This document shows positions 11,496-25,600 of a stretch of 64,000 nucleotides of DNA, piece by piece. Each line of letters begins with the position of its first letter. The stretch's first letter is position 1. Source of the stretch: Mobula hypostoma (taxonomy: Eukaryota); contig NC_086101.1 of assembly GCF_963921235.1 (NCBI RefSeq), forward strand, positions 10,542,001 to 10,606,000, read 5' to 3'. A program made the translations under genes and the position numbers. A model generated the notes under the pieces. It made no database searches, was not told the DNA's origin, and saw nothing but the letters and a program-made list of their open reading frames with translations.

Positions 11496-12289
11496 TGGTT
11501 TGAGGTACATGAGTAATTACCCCAGTTGTAACTAGCTAACTTCCTGGATTTCCTTTGATCAACTGACAGTGTCCTAAGAAAACAACTCTGCTGTTAGCAT
11601 CTGTGTTTCTTCATCAGGCCACGGCTTCCCTCACAATCCTTCTAATGTTAACTCTGTACCTCCTGTGACACAACGTTTGTCATGACCAACATATGCAACA
11701 AGATTTCTCACGAAGGTTCATCAAGTGATTGAGCAACTTCAGGGACTGAGAAAGTTGGCTGCAAACGGTGGCAGAGTTTAACTGTCAGGAAATTGCGCTT
11801 CATGTATTTTTTCGTCTTATTTCTTTTTCTCTATAAGATATACACAAGGAGAAATTCTCCCAAAGTTTAAACAAATGACCAAGTATTGACTAACTTGAGA
11901 GTTAAGTGCACTCTGCGCTTTTAATACATGGCAAAGAATGATGGATAAAATTGTGGAAACAGAAGAAAATTATCCAGTGCAACACAACATTTGTTCAGAA
12001 ATGGAAAATTATATTCTAGTAAAATACATTGTGGTGTATACCAAATTTCTGAAGAATTCAGGAGGCCAGGAAACATTTGCCAAGCAAGAGTCAGTATTTT
12101 GAACCAAGGACCTTCCATCAGAATTGGAAAAACAGGAAGTTTTAAGTTGCAAAGTCCTGTACAGTGGAGAGAAGGTTTAATGACTGTGATCGGGTGCAGA
12201 CCAAGGTTGCTATTAGAACTATTACTAAAAAAAACAGTTAATAGAGCAGTTTGAGAGGGAGAAGCATAACTCACATCTATCAGTATCAC

Positions 12290-14800
12290 AATGGAATAAA
12301 AGGAATTACAGAGGTACGAGAGGGGAGATTGCCCACGTGGATTGGAGGAGGATACAGGCAGGGATGACAGCAGAGCAGAGATGGCTGAGGTTTCTGGGAA
12401 TAGGTCACAAGGCACCGGATAGTTATGTCCCACGGAGGAAGAAGTTCTCAAATGGCAGGGGCAGGCAACTGTGGCTGACAAAGGAAGTTAAGGACTGCAT
12501 AAAAGCCAAGGAAAGGGCATATAAGGTAGCAAAAGTTAGTGGGAAGTTGGATAATTGGGAAGCTGTTAAAATCCTACAAAAGGCAATGAAAAAAGCTATA
12601 TGAAGGAAAAGATGAAATATGAGGGTAAACTAGCCAATAATATAAAGAAGGTTACAAGAAGTATTTTTCAGCCATATAAAGAGTAAAACAGAGGTAAGAG
12701 TTGATATTCACTCACTGGAAAATGATGCCGGTGGGGTTGTAATGGGGACAAAGAAATGGCAGATGAACTTAATAGGAACTTTGCATCTGTCTTCACTGTG
12801 GAAGACACAAGCAGTGTGTCAGAGGTGCATGAGTGACAGTGGGCAGGAGGGCGTGCAATTACTATTACAAAGGAAAAAGTGTCAGGCAAGCTCAAAGTTC
12901 TTGTGGTAGATAAGTCACGTGGGTCAGATGGAGCACATCCTAGAGTCCTGAAAGAGGTTGCAGAAGAGATAGCAGATGCATTGGTCATGAACCTTCAAGT
13001 CTCACATGATTCTAGCATGGTCCCAGAGGACTGGAAGAGTGGAAATGTCACTCCACCCTTTAAGACCATAAGACCTTAAAACCATAAGATATAGGAGAGG
13101 CAGTAGGCCTTTTGGCCCATCGAGTCTGCTCCACCATTCAATCATGGGCTGATCTAATTCTCCAATTCTTCTAGTCATCCCCACTCCCCTGCCTTCTCCC
13201 CATGCCCTTTGATGGCCTGGCTAATCAAGAACCTATCTATCTCTGCCTTAAATACACCCAATGAAGTGGCCTCCACAGCTGCTCGTGGCAGCAAATTCCA
13301 CAGATTTACCACCCTCTGACGAAAGTAATTTCTCCACATTTCAGTTCTAAATGGACATCTTTCAATCCTGAATTCGTGCCCTCTTCTCCTAGATTCCCTT
13401 AACATGTGAAATAACTTTGCCATATCTAATCTGTTCGGGCCTTTTAACATTCGAAATGTTTCTATGAGATACCCTCTCATTCTCCTGAAATCCGGGGAAC
13501 ACACACAAGAGCTGCCAGATGCTTCTCATACGGTAAGCCTTTCATTGGTTCTCGTATATCTTCTCTGAACAGTCTCCAATGTCAGTATATCCTTCCTAGC
13601 AGCTCCTCCCGTGGAGGGTTTGACACCCTGAGCCAATAGGCTGGTCCTGGACTTATTTTCTATCTGGCATAGTCTGTATTTTGTTGTTTGATTGTTTGTG
13701 GTTTTTGCATTGTTATATTTATGCTCGATTCTTGGTTGGTGCAGTTGTAACGAAACCCAATTTCCCTCGAGATCAATAAAGTATATCTATCTATCTGTCT
13801 ATCTATCTATCTAAATAAGGAGCCCAAAACTGCACACAAAACTCCAAGTGTGGTCTCACGAATGTCTTATAGAGCCTCAACATCACATCCCTGCTCTTAT
13901 ATTCTGTACCTTTGGAAATTAATGCCAACATTGCGTTCTCCTTCTTCACCTCTGACTCAACTGAAAGGTTAACCTTTAGGGTATCCTGCACAAGTACTCC
14001 CAAGTCCCTTTGCACCTCTGAATTTTTAAATTCTCTCCCCATCTAAATAATAGTCTGCTCGTTTATTTCTTCCATCAATGTGCATGACCATACAACTTTC
14101 AACATTGTATTTCATTTGCCGCTTCTTTGCACATTCCCCTAAACCAATTAAGTCTCTCTGTTTCCTCAACACTACCCGCTCCTCCATCCTCATTTAGAAT
14201 GGAACAGGGCAAATGAAAGGAAATTACATTCCAGTAAGCCCAACCTCAGTGGTAGAGAAAGTGCTGGAGTCTAATGATAAAATAAGTTGAAGTCAGTATG
14301 GTTTCTGTGAAGGGAAATCTTGCCTGACAAATCTGTTAAGAGATTTTTGAAGAAGTAACAAGCAGGGTGGACAAAGTAGAGGAAGGGGATGTCATTCATT
14401 TGGATTTTCAGAAGGCGTTTTATAAGGTGCCACACGTGAGGCTGCATAACAAGATTAAAATCATCTTGTGTTACAGGAAGGATACTGGCATGGACAGAGG
14501 AATGGCTGACGGGCAGGAGGCAGCAAGTGGGAATAAAAGGGGCCTTTTCTGGTTGACTGCCGGTGTCTGGTGATGTTCCTTGGGGTCAGTATTGGGACTG
14601 CTGCCTTTCACCTTGTTCGTCAATGATTTAGAATGGAATTGATGGTTTTGAGGCAAAGTTTGTGGTTGATATGAAGATGGGTGCAGGGGTAGGTAGTGCT
14701 GAGGAAGCAAGGTTACAGGGGACTTAGACAAATTGCAAGAATGGGCAAAAAATATCAGATGTTAGGAAATGTACAATAATGCATTTTGGTAAAAGGAACA
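12290..14800 (+). mobile_element. Decayed CR1 (plus strand; 12290-13062 and ~14200-14800) interrupted by an antisense CR1 (~13062-14192)
   Basis: ORFs 12337-12603, 12879-13079 and 14367-14573 on plus, 13175-13504 and 13803-14042 on minus. The antisense copy has an (ATAAGACC)n tail at 13062-13095. Confidence 0.85.
13598..13812 (+). mobile_element. LINE 3' tail (Rex1/L2-type) ending in (CTAT)n, nested in the antisense CR1
   Basis: AATAAA followed by a CTAT microsatellite. The CR1 rejoins as ..atccttcct|aaataaggagccc.. Confidence 0.7.
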
Positions 14801-16395
14801 ATAAGACCAGAAGACATAGGAGCAAAATTAGGCCATTTGGCTCATCGACTCTGCTCTGCCATTCAATCATGGCTGATCCTTTTTATCCTCCTCCTCAACT
14901 CCATTTCCTGGCCTTCTCCCTGTAACATTAAATGCCATGTCCAATCAAGAACCTATCAATCTCTTCCTTAAATACACCCAGTGACCTGGCCTCCACAGGG
15001 GCACATGGCAACAAATTCCACAATTTCACCACCCGTTGACTAAAGAAATTTCTCCACATCTCTGGCTCGAAGGGCCGAATGGCCTACTCCTGCACCTATT
15101 TTCTATGTTTCTATGTTTCTATGAATGGATGCCCCTCAATCTTGAGGCTGTACCCTCTTGTCCAAAACTCTCCCACCATGGGAAATATCCTTTCCACATT
15201 TACTCTGTCTGGGCCTTTCAACATTCGAAAGGTTTCAATGAGATCCCCCCTCATCCTTCTAAATTCCAGTGAGTACACCCAGAGTCATCAAACGTGTCTC
15301 ATATGATAACCCTTTCATTCCTGGAATCACCCTTGTCAACATCCTCTGGATCCTCTCCAATGCCAGTACATCTCATCTCAGATGAGGAGTGCAAAACTGT
15401 TCACAATACCCAAGGTGAGGCATCGCCAGTGCCTTATAAACGCTCCGCATCACATTCCTGCGTTTGTATTTGGACCTCTTGAAATGAATGCTGACATTGC
15501 ATTTGTCTTCCACTGACTTAACCTGCAAGTTAACCTTTATGGTGTTCCACACAAGGACTCCCAAGTCCTTTTGCATCTCAGGCTTTTCAATTTTCTCCCC
15601 GCTTAGAAAATGGTCCACACATTTACTTCTACTACCAAAGTTCGTAACCATGCATTTTCCAACATTATAATTCATTTGCCACTTTCTTGCCCATTCTCCT
15701 AATCTGTCTAAGTCCTTCTGCATCCTACCTGTTTCCTCAATACTACCTACCCCTCCACCAATCTTTGTAACATCTGCAAACTTGACAACAAAGCCATCTA
15801 TTTTATCATCTAAATCATTTATATACAGCATAAAAAGAGGTGGTCCCAACACTGACCCCTGCAAAACACCACCAATTACTGGCCGCCAACCAGACAAGGA
15901 TCCTTTTATTCCCACTCGCTGCCTTCTTCCAATTAGCCAATGGTCTAACCATGTTAGCAACTTCCCTGTAACTTGATAGGAAAGTTACATTCTCTTAACT
16001 CCCCTCTGTAAAGACCGCCTGACCTGCTGAGCTCCTCCAGCATTTTGCATGCATTGCTTCTAACCATGACTTCTTCTGTAATCTTTTTCCTAACTGATAC
16101 CCTAGCATGCTCAACAACAAACTGCTCTAAAAAGCCATCTCTTAGACGACCAAGAAAGTCACTTTCTTGAGATCCATCACCAACCTTATTTTCCCAATGG
16201 ACCTGTATGTTAAAATCTCCCATGACTATCATAACATTGCCTTTTTGACATGCCTTTTCTATTTCCTGTTGTCATCTGTGGACCACCTCCCAGCTACAGT
16301 TTGCAGGCCTGTATATAACTGCCATCGGGGTCCTTATACCCTTGGAGTTTCTTAACTCAACCCACAGGGATTCAGCATCTTCTGATCCTATTGCA
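14800..16395 (-). mobile_element. Decayed CR1 with an internal deletion and small nested inserts (CR1 tail ~15063-15122, Penelope-type piece ~16000-16060)
   Basis: ORF 15373-15960 (RT) and ORFs 15954-16232 and 16272-16472 (APE: SLWVELRN, YRP, MGDFN). Confidence 0.85.
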
Positions 16396-17064
16396 ATCCT
16401 GCACAGGATGCAACAGATTTTCGTTTTTCCAGTGAAGAGAGCCCCGCACTGTAAGCACTGAACACAATACATGTCTCCTCTGGTGGCCAGAGCTTAGCAC
16501 AAATAGCTGAAACTTGTCACAAGAGGATTTGACTTTTAAGCCAGCCTTGAAGTTTGCCTACAAGGGCACCGAGGAGCGAGTATGCCATTCTAAACCAGGG
16601 AGGTGCTGTTCAAAAAGTCCACACAGCACCCTGATGCAACATGTGCTGAACATTGAAACGGATCTCCTGCACTTTACCAGCAACTCCGGGTTCTCAGAAA
16701 CATGAAATGAAGATGAAGGCCGTGTGACACGAGCATATTCATGCTGTGCTGGAAACCACCAGCAAAATGTTCTGTAGGTTTCACCAGTAAAGGCGATGGG
16801 GTTGTGGATAAATGTCCGCACAAAGTGTGTAAAAGTGCACAAGGCTGTGCTTCTGCATGTGATTGACATCAAACCCAACAATGAACTGTTAACAATTAAC
16901 TGTCTACACAACAGTGACAAAACTTACTTCTACATTGACCTGGCATGAAAGTTACTACTACGCTGAATACTGGGCCATCTGTGTCACTCGGGCCAGAGCG
17001 CATATACAAGGAGAGGGTGACCACTGGTCTCTTGTAGCCAACATACATTCACTGCTTGTCACCT

Positions 17065-17510
17065 GTTGAGTTGAGTTACGGGAAAGATTGAACAGGTTAG
17101 GACTTTATTCCTTGGAGCGTAGTAGAATGAGGGGAGATTTGATAGAGGTTTGCAAAATTATGAGGGGTATAGACAGAGAAAATGTGAATAGGCTCTTTCC
17201 ACTTAGATTAGGAGAGATAAATATGAGAGGACATGGCTTTAGGGTGAAAGGGGAAAGGTTTAGGGGGAACATCAGGGGGAACTTCTTCACTCAGAGAGTG
17301 GTGGGAATGTGGAACGAGCTGCCATCTGACATGGTAAATGCGGGCTCACTCTTAAGTTTTAAAAATAAATTGGATAGGTACATGGATGGGAGAGGTCAGG
17401 AGGGCTATGGACTGGATACAGGTCAATGGGACTAGCAGAATTATGTTTTGGCATAGACTAGAAGGGCCAAATGGCCTTCTTTCTGTGCTGTAGTGTTCTA
17501 TGGTTCTATG
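17065..17510 (+). mobile_element. CR1 3' fragment, present in copy 1 only
   Basis: ORF 17088-17435 and a (TTCTATGG)n tail; absent from the paralogous block. Confidence 0.9.
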
Positions 17511-18396
17511 GCAGTAAATGGATGCTACGCCTGGTTGTAGTTAAGGGGCAGAATTGTATCACAGGGCAAAACTGGCTTCAAAATTTCAAATTAAACTCAG
17601 AAAGGAAGGAAGGTCTTTGACCACACACACACACACACATACACCAGTGATCACTGGCTTGATAAGCTTCCGACCTTAAGCAGGTTCTTGGGAATTGAAA
17701 GGTTTTCACATGAAGATCCATGTGGAAGTACAAGCCTCTCACACCTTCCACACTTTCCAAACTCTTCTCCAGATCTCAAAAGAAGCAGTTGTGCATGAGC
17801 TGGGCTGTCTGAAGAGACATGGTATTGTGTATCAAGTTAAGCTGTGATTGGGCTGCTCCTATTTGCAGTCATTCCAAACCAGGGGGAAACAGTGATGCTA
17901 TGGGACAAAATTGCTACCTGGAAGTTCATACACATATCTCAATTTTTTTTGCAATCGTGACAGGCAATTGGATTCAAAAAGATGAATTTATCCCGACTAA
18001 ATAGCAGATGGGCCTGAATTCAATGACTGACATGTCTCACAATTAACACAGCTTTTGTGGAGGTTAATCAACACCAGAGGTTATGCACTGTACCACAGAT
18101 GAGATTTTGGATCAGCTCAATTATGCTCTTTGCTTCATTTGTGAAATCCTGGTTTCAGTATGGAGCAGCCAGGGGTAGTGATGGTCTGACTGTAGTCTTA
18201 ATGGAATCAGCGTCAGCATGCAAAATGCCACTTTCCACAAATATTAAAGCATTACATGGCCTGTCAAACTGATGCTCGAGTTCAAGGCCTCAGAGCAAAG
18301 TCGATGCAATTATCAAAGTACCACCTTCAGTTGATGCAACTGAACTCAGGTCATTGTTGAGTCTGTTGAATAATTAGATGTTTTCTCATCAATGTG

Positions 18397-18623
18397 TGAA
18401 GCACCTTCAATAACTCCAAAAGACTGAGGTTATGTGAAGTACCAAAAGGCTATTATTCGCTGTACAATGCAACCTCTATGGTGAGTGTCTGCCCCGGACT
18501 GAGGGGGAGGGGCAAGGCGAAACCCTTTATACAGGATTCTGTGGGAGGAGCCACGGGGCAGTCAGCAGAGGGGTGCGTCCAGACAGTTAACCCAGTGACA
18601 ACATATATACATGGTTTACCACA
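18397..18623 (-). mobile_element. Short solo LTR (~230 bp)
   Basis: TG...CA ends, flanked by ATGTG (18392-18396 and 18624-18628). The empty site is visible in the paralog at about 49860-49872. Confidence 0.75.
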
Positions 18624-19297
18624 ATGTGTCAAGCTTCATGCAACCATTTCAGGGGTCAACATGGCCAGAGGCCAGATAGGATTTATCTCCTGCATTGCGA
18701 AAAGGCATTAACTTTTGCAGGTGACTGGGATGCTACAATTCAGAGAAATGCCCAAGATTTGCTTGTCTAGCATATACTGTGTTACACACAGGTGTAGGAT
18801 ACCCAACTGCATTTGTTTCTGGAGCCCTGGAGCATTCATTAGGGTCAAGAAATATCACGACTACTTGTAATAGGTCACACACCTCACAATGTATTTAGCA
18901 CAAGTTTAGCAGCACCAACCCCGCTGCAGTGAGAACGCAGCCCTGGGCCTTGACTATGTTGTTCTCTGACTCCAAAGTCCAATGTACGTGTTGTTAAGGC
19001 CATATAAATGCAGATTGCTCAATCGCTGTGCAAAATCAACCAGGAAGAATCGGATTCAGATTCACCTACTTATCACCTATACATCTGTAATGAAAGATTT
19101 AAATGTGATTCCTTCCTTGAGTATATGTTAATATGTGTATCACAAATAAGACAAAATGGAGTTAGCCTGGGATATGAGAATGTGTCGGGAAACCAGTTCA
19201 CAGCCATGTTCCAAGGACTCCGTGTGAGCACCAGTGCATTGCCTTGAGAGCAGAAAATGGTGAAAAACACATTTGTTTGGGAAAGTACGAGGGAACC

Positions 19298-22183
19298 AGT
19301 GAGTTAGAGCAGATAGTGAGGTGGAGGAGGATAAAGGTCATGCGAGAACTGCAAGTATAGTGCATGGAGTAAAGCCAGATCTAACATACAAAGAGGCTTT
19401 GAGGAAAGAGAAACAGAATAAAGGGTAGTAAGGTAGAAGGGCTAAAGTGCGTGTACTTCAATGCAAGAAGCATCAGGAACAAAGGTGATGAACTGAGAGC
19501 TTGGATGCATACATGGAATTATGATGTAGTGGCCATTACAGAGACTTGGCTGGCACCAGGGCAGGAATGGATTCTCAATATTCCTGGATTTCAGTGCTTT
19601 AAAAGGGATAGAGAGGGGGGAAAAGGTGAAGGGGGTTGGCATTACTGGTCAGGGATACTATTACAGCTACAGAAAGGGTGGGTAATGTAGCAGGATCCTC
19701 TTTTGAGTCAGTATGGGTGGAAGACAGGAACAGGAAGGGAACAATTACTTTATTGGGAGTATTCTATAGGCCCCCTGCTAACAGCAGAAAGACCAAGGAG
19801 TAGATTGGGAGGCAGATTTTGGAAAGGTGCAAAAATAACAGGGTTGTTATCATGGGTAACTTTAACTTCCCTAATATTGATTGGCATCTGATTAGTTCCG
19901 ATGGTTTAGACGGGGCAGAGTTTGGTAAGTGTGTCCAGGGTGGCCTCCTGTCACAGTATGTGGACAGGCCAACCAGGGGGAATGCCATACTAATCTAGTA
20001 CTAGGTAAAGAAACAGGTCAGGTCACAGATTTCTCAGTGGGTGAGCATCTGGGGGACAGTGACCACCCCTCCCTGGCCTTTAGCATTATCATGGAAATGG
20101 ATAGAATCAGAGAGTACAGGAAAATTTTTAATTGGGGAAGGGCCAATTATGAGGCTATAAGGCTAGAACTTGCGGGTGTGAATTGGGATGATGTTTTTTC
20201 AGGGAAATGTACTGTGGACATGTGGTCGATGTTTCGGGATCTCTTGCAGGATGTTAGAGATAAATTTGTCCCGGTGAGGAAGATAAAGAATGGTAGGGTA
20301 AAGGAAGCATGGGTGACAAGTGAGGTAGAGAATCTGGTCAGGTGGAAGAAGGCAGCATACATGAGGTTTAGGAATTAAGGATCAGATGGGTCTATTGAGG
20401 AATATAGGGTACCAAGAGAGGAGCTTAAGAAGGGGGAATGAGAAGGCCTTGGCGAGTAGAGTAAAGGAAAACCCCAAGGCTTTCTTCAATTATGTGAAGA
20501 ACAAAAGGATGACAGGAGTGAAGATACGACCGATTAGAGATAAAGGTGGGAAGATGTGCCTGGAGGCTGTGGAAGTGAGCGAGGTCCTCAATGAATACTT
20601 CTCTTCGGTTATCACCAATGAGAGGGAACTTGATGACGGTGAGGACAGTATGAGTGAGGTTGATGTTCTGGAGTATGTTGATATTATGGGAGTTGTTAAA
20701 ATACTTTAGGATGGATAAGTCCCTGGGGCCTGACAGAATATTCCCCAGGCTGCTCCATGAGGCAAGGGAAGAGATTACTGAACCTCTGGCTAGGATCTTT
20801 ATGTCCTCGTTGTCCACGGGAATGGTACCGGAGGATTGGAGGGAGACGAATATTGTCCCCTTGTTCAAGAAAGGTAGTAGGGTTAGTCCGGGTAATTATA
20901 GACCAGTGAGCCTTACATCTGTGGTGGGAAACCTGTTTGAAAAGATTCTTAGAGAAAGGATCTATGGGCCATTTAGAGAATCATGGTCTGATCAGGGACA
21001 GTCAGCATGGCTTTGTGAAGGGCAGATCATGTCTAACATGCCTGATAGAGTTCTTTGAGGAGGTGACCAGGCATATAGATGAGGGTTGTGCAGTGGATAT
21101 GAACTACATGGATTTTAGTAAGGCATTTGACAAAGTTCCACATGGTAGGCTTATTCAGAAAGTCGGAAGGCAATGGATCCAGGGAAGTTTGACCAGGTGG
21201 ATTCAGAATTGGCTTGCCTGCAGAAAGCAGAGGATCATAGTGGAGGGAACACATTTGGATTGGAGGGTTGTGAGTAGTGGTGACCCACAAGTATCTGTTC
21301 TGAGACCTCTACTTTTCGTGATTTTTATTAACGACCTGGATGTGGGGGTAGAAGGGTGGGTTGGCAAGTTTGCAGACAACACAAAGGTTGGTGGTGTTGT
21401 AGATAGTGCAGAGGATTGTCGAAGTTTGCAGAGAGACATTGATAGGATGCAGAAGTGCGCTGAGAAGTGGCAGACGGAGTTCAACCCGGAGAAGTGTGAG
21501 GTGGTACACTTTGGAAGGACAAACTCCAAGACAGAGTACAAAGTAAATGGCAGGATACTTGGAAGTATGGAGGAGCAGAGGGATCAAGGGGTACATGTCC
21601 ACAGATTCCTGAAAGTTGCCTCACAGGTAGATAGGGTAGTTAAGAAAGCTTATGGGGTGTTAGCTTTCATAAGTCGAGGGATAGAGTTTAAGAGTCGCGA
21701 TGTAACGATGCAGCTCTATAAAACTCTGGTTAGGCCACACTTGGAGTACTGTGTCCAGTTCTGGTCGCCTCACTGTAGGAAGGATGTGGAAGCATTGGAA
21801 AGGGTACAGAGGAGATTTACCAGGATGCTGCCTGGTTTAGAGAGTATGCATTATGATCAGAGATTAAGGGAGCTGGGGCTTTACTCTTTGGAGAGAAGGA
21901 GGATCTTCCCCAGGGCACCACTGCTCAATACAAGAGATCATGGCTTTAAGGGCGATATTAGAGGAAGGTTTTTTACTCAGAGAGTGGTTGGTGCGTGGAA
22001 TGCACTGCCTGAGTCAATGGTGGAGGGAGATACACTCGTGAAGTTTAAGAGACTAGTAGACAGGTATATAGTGGAATTTAAGGTGGGGGGGGCATTATAT
22101 GGGAGGCAGGGTTTGAGGGTCAGCACAACATTGTGGGCTGAAGGGCCTGTAATGTGCTGTACTATTCTATGTTCTATATTCTA
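19298..22183 (+). mobile_element. CR1 LINE with nearly complete but frameshifted ORF2 (APE + RT)
   Basis: APE start YFNARSIRNKGDEL..AITETWL, then GDSDH, RT ORF 20937-22184 and a (TTCTATG)n tail. Confidence 0.95.
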
Positions 22184-22666
22184 GATGGAATCCACTTACA
22201 CTTTTGTTAGCTGGCCAAATTCATGCAGTTTAAATGATGATTTTACCAAAATTTTTATATATATTTCAAAATATTCTTTTCTTTTAATTAAGTTTTTTGA
22301 TCAGGTTGATTCTATTATTTCATCTTTTGTTTGGAATAATAAAAGACCAAGAATTGGAAAATATCATTTACAAAAATTAAAAAAGGATGGAGGTCTTGCT
22401 TTGCTTAATTTAAGAATGTAATATTGGGCTGTTAATATAGGTTATGTGTGTTCTTGGTTATACTGGACCGATAAAAATGAACGACCACCTTGGGTTGATT
22501 TGGAATTGAAAGCTGTGGAAGAATTTTACCAAACTTTGTTATTAGCAGTCTCTTTGCCTGTACAACTAGCCAAAAGTTCTAATCTAAATTTATATCCTAT
22601 GATTCACCTGTCATTACGAATTTGGTATCAGTTTCGTAATTTTTTAATCTTGAAAAAGTTAACCTT

Positions 22667-25600
22667 TGTAGCGGTGTGCTACACACAGCGCTAGAATAAC
22701 CACACTGAGTCGCTGAGTTAGAGTTGCGATAAAGAGATTTATTCAAACTTCGCGGCCTGCTTTAAAGCCCTCCCGTTCCCGCCCTCCCTGGGGCGGGACT
22801 GCTGTGGGGAATGCATAGTCCCAGACCCTTTCCGCGTGCGGGATTTTCCCCCTGCTGGTGAAGATGGCCTGGCGCCCTTTTTGGGGCCGGCCCTCTGCCT
22901 GCGTGCGCTGTTTCGTGAGCCGGTTCATGGGTGCTAGAAAATGGGTCGCCACATAACCCCACCCCCCCACCCCAGAACCGGCGATACCTCCCCCAATGTC
23001 CACAGTCTGGATCGGCCTCTGTTTGGGAGGTCTGCCCCTGCGCCGCAGTGCCTGAGCCTGGACCGGCTGCGCCAAGTCCACATGGGCCGGTTTGAGTCGG
23101 TCCACCATGAAAACCTCCTCTCTCCCCCCAATGTCCAGCACGAACGTGGACCCGTTGTTCCTGATCACCTTAAACGGCCCCTCGTAGGGCCGCTGTAGCG
23201 GTGCCCGGTGTCCGCCCCGTCGTACAAAAAGAAACTTACAGTTCTGCAGGTCTTTGGGTACGCAGGTCGGGCTCTGTCCGTGCTGTGAAGTGGGTATGGG
23301 GGCCCGGTTACCGAGCCTCTCTCGTAGTCTGTCCAGGACTGCTGTGGGTTCTTCCTCTTGCCCCCTTGGGGATGGTATGAACTCTCCTGGGACGACCAGG
23401 GGTGCGCCGTACACCAACTTGGCCGACGAGGTGTGTAGATCCTCCTTGGGCGCCGTGTGGATTCCGAGCAGGACCCAGGGAAGTTCGTCCACCCAGTTAG
23501 GCCCCTCCAGGCAGGCCATGAAAGCCGACTTCAGGTGACGGTGGAAACGCTCCACTAGTCCGTTCGACTGTGGGTGGTAGGCAGTTGTGTGGTGTAGCTG
23601 CGATCCTAAAAGGCTGGCCATGGCTGACCACAGGCTGGAGGTGAACTGGGCGCCCCTGTCGGAGGTAATGTGGGCCGGTACCCCGAAGCGTGTTACCCAG
23701 GTTGCGATCAGTGCTCGGGCGCAGGATTTGGAGGTGGTGTCAGTGAGCGGGACTGCCTCTGGCCATCTGGTGAACCGGTCTATCATAGTTAGGAGGTACC
23801 GCGCTCCTCGCGACACTGGCAGGGGCCCCACGATATCCACATGGATGTGGTCGAACCTCCGGCGGGTGGGTTCGAACCGCTGCGGTGGAGCCTTGGTGTG
23901 CCGCTGCACCTTGGCCGTTTGGCACTGCGTGCACGTTTTGGCCCATTCACTGACCTGCTTACGAAGTCCATGCCACACGAACCTGTTGGAGACCAGCCGG
24001 ACAGTTGTCCTGATGGAGGGGTGCGCTAAGTTGTGAATGGATTCGAACACCCGCCGGCGCCAGGCTGCTGGGACGACGGGGCGGGGTTGGCCAGTAGCTA
24101 CGTCACATAGTAGGGTCCTCTCACCTGGGCCTACGGGGAGGTCTTGGAGCTGCAAACCGGAGACTGCAGTCCTGTAACTGGGGATCTCAGCGTCTGCCTG
24201 CTGTGCTTCTGCCAGCGCTGCATAGTCCACCCCCGGGACAGGGCCTGTATGGTCGGACTGGATAGTGCGTCCGCCACAACGTTGTCCTTTCCAGAGACAT
24301 GCCGGATGTCCGTCGTGTACTCGGAGATGTAGGACAGATGTCGCTACTGGCGGGACGACCAGGGGTCGGACACCTTCATGAACGCAAAGGTAAGCGGTTT
24401 GTGGTCTGTGAACGCGGTGAAGGGCCTACCTTCTAAGAAGTTCCTGAAATGCTGGATTTCCAGGTATAGTGCCAATAGCTCCTGGTCGAAAGTGCTGTAT
24501 TTGAGTTTGGGTGGTCGTAGGTGTTTGCTGAAGAACGCCAGGGGTTGCCAGCGACTCTCGATGAGTTGTTCCAGCACTCCACCGACTGCTGTGTTGAATG
24601 CGTCCACCGTGAGGGCAGTAGGAACGTCTGTTCTGGGGTGCACTAGTATCGCGGCGTTTGCCAAGGCTTCTTTGGTTTTAACGAAAGCGGCTGCGGCCTC
24701 TTCGTCCCAGGTAATGTCCTTGCCCTTACCTGACATCAGAGTGAACAGGGGTCGCATGGTTCGGGCTGCTGAGGGGAGGAAACGGTGGTAGAAATTCACC
24801 ATACCCACGAATTCCTGCAGGCCTTTGATTGTGTTGGGTCAGGGGAAGTTGCGGACCGCGTCTACCTTGGCGGGCAGAGGGGTTGCCCGTCTTTAGTAAT
24901 CCTGTGGCCCAGGAAGTTGATGGTGTCGAGTCCGAACTGGCATTTGGCCGGGTTGATTGTAAGGCCGAATTCACTCAGGCGGGAGTAGAGCTGGCCGAGG
25001 TGGGACAGATGCTCCTGACGACTACTGCTGGCTATGGGGATGTTGTCCAAATAGATGAATGCAAAGTCCAGGTCGCGTCCCACCGCATCCATTAGCCGCA
25101 GGAACGTCTGTGTGGCATTCTTTAGACCAAACGGCATTCGGAGGAATTCGAAAAGTCCAAACGGGGTGATGAGTGCTATTTTGGGGATGTCGTCCGGATG
25201 TACAGGGATTTGATGGTATCCCCGGACGTGGTCTCCCTTGGAAAAGATCCTTGCGCCGTGTAGGTTTGCTGCGAAGTCTTGAATGTGTGGCACATGGTAG
25301 CGGTCTGGCGTTGTAGCCTCGTTCAGTCTGCAGTAGTCACAGCATGGTCTCCAGCCACCCGTTGCCTTGGGCACCATGTGCAGGGGGGAGGCCCATGGGC
25401 TGTCGGACCGTCGTATGATCCCCAATTCCTCCATCTTCTTGAACTTCTCCTTCGCCAGTCGGAGCTTGTCCAGGAGAAGCCTTCGAGCACGGGCGTGGAG
25501 GGGTGGTCCCTGGGTCGGGATGTGGTGCTGTACTCCGTGTCTGGGCATGGCTGCCGTGAACTGCGGTGTCAGTACTGATGGGAAATCCGCCAGGACCCTG

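Larger units (their letters stand above)
16395..19297 (+). mobile_element. Ancient decayed Gypsy (Mag/K02A2.6-like) pol segment, copy 1 of a duplicated block
   Basis: Broken RT/RNase H motifs: DWAAPI, LTINT, KVDAIIKVPPSVDATELRSLL, AFVS, GVKKYHDYL, NADC. Collinear with 39390-50538. Confidence 0.75.

Noticed and set aside
11640..11675. Antigen-receptor J-segment-like peptide (TGGTELTL) on the minus strand
   Set aside because: No F/W-G-x-G motif, no RSS heptamer/nonamer and no splice donor after it
11921..12481. 186-aa minus-strand ORF
   Set aside because: Spans antisense CR1, a Penelope-type remnant and flanking DNA, with no coherent domain
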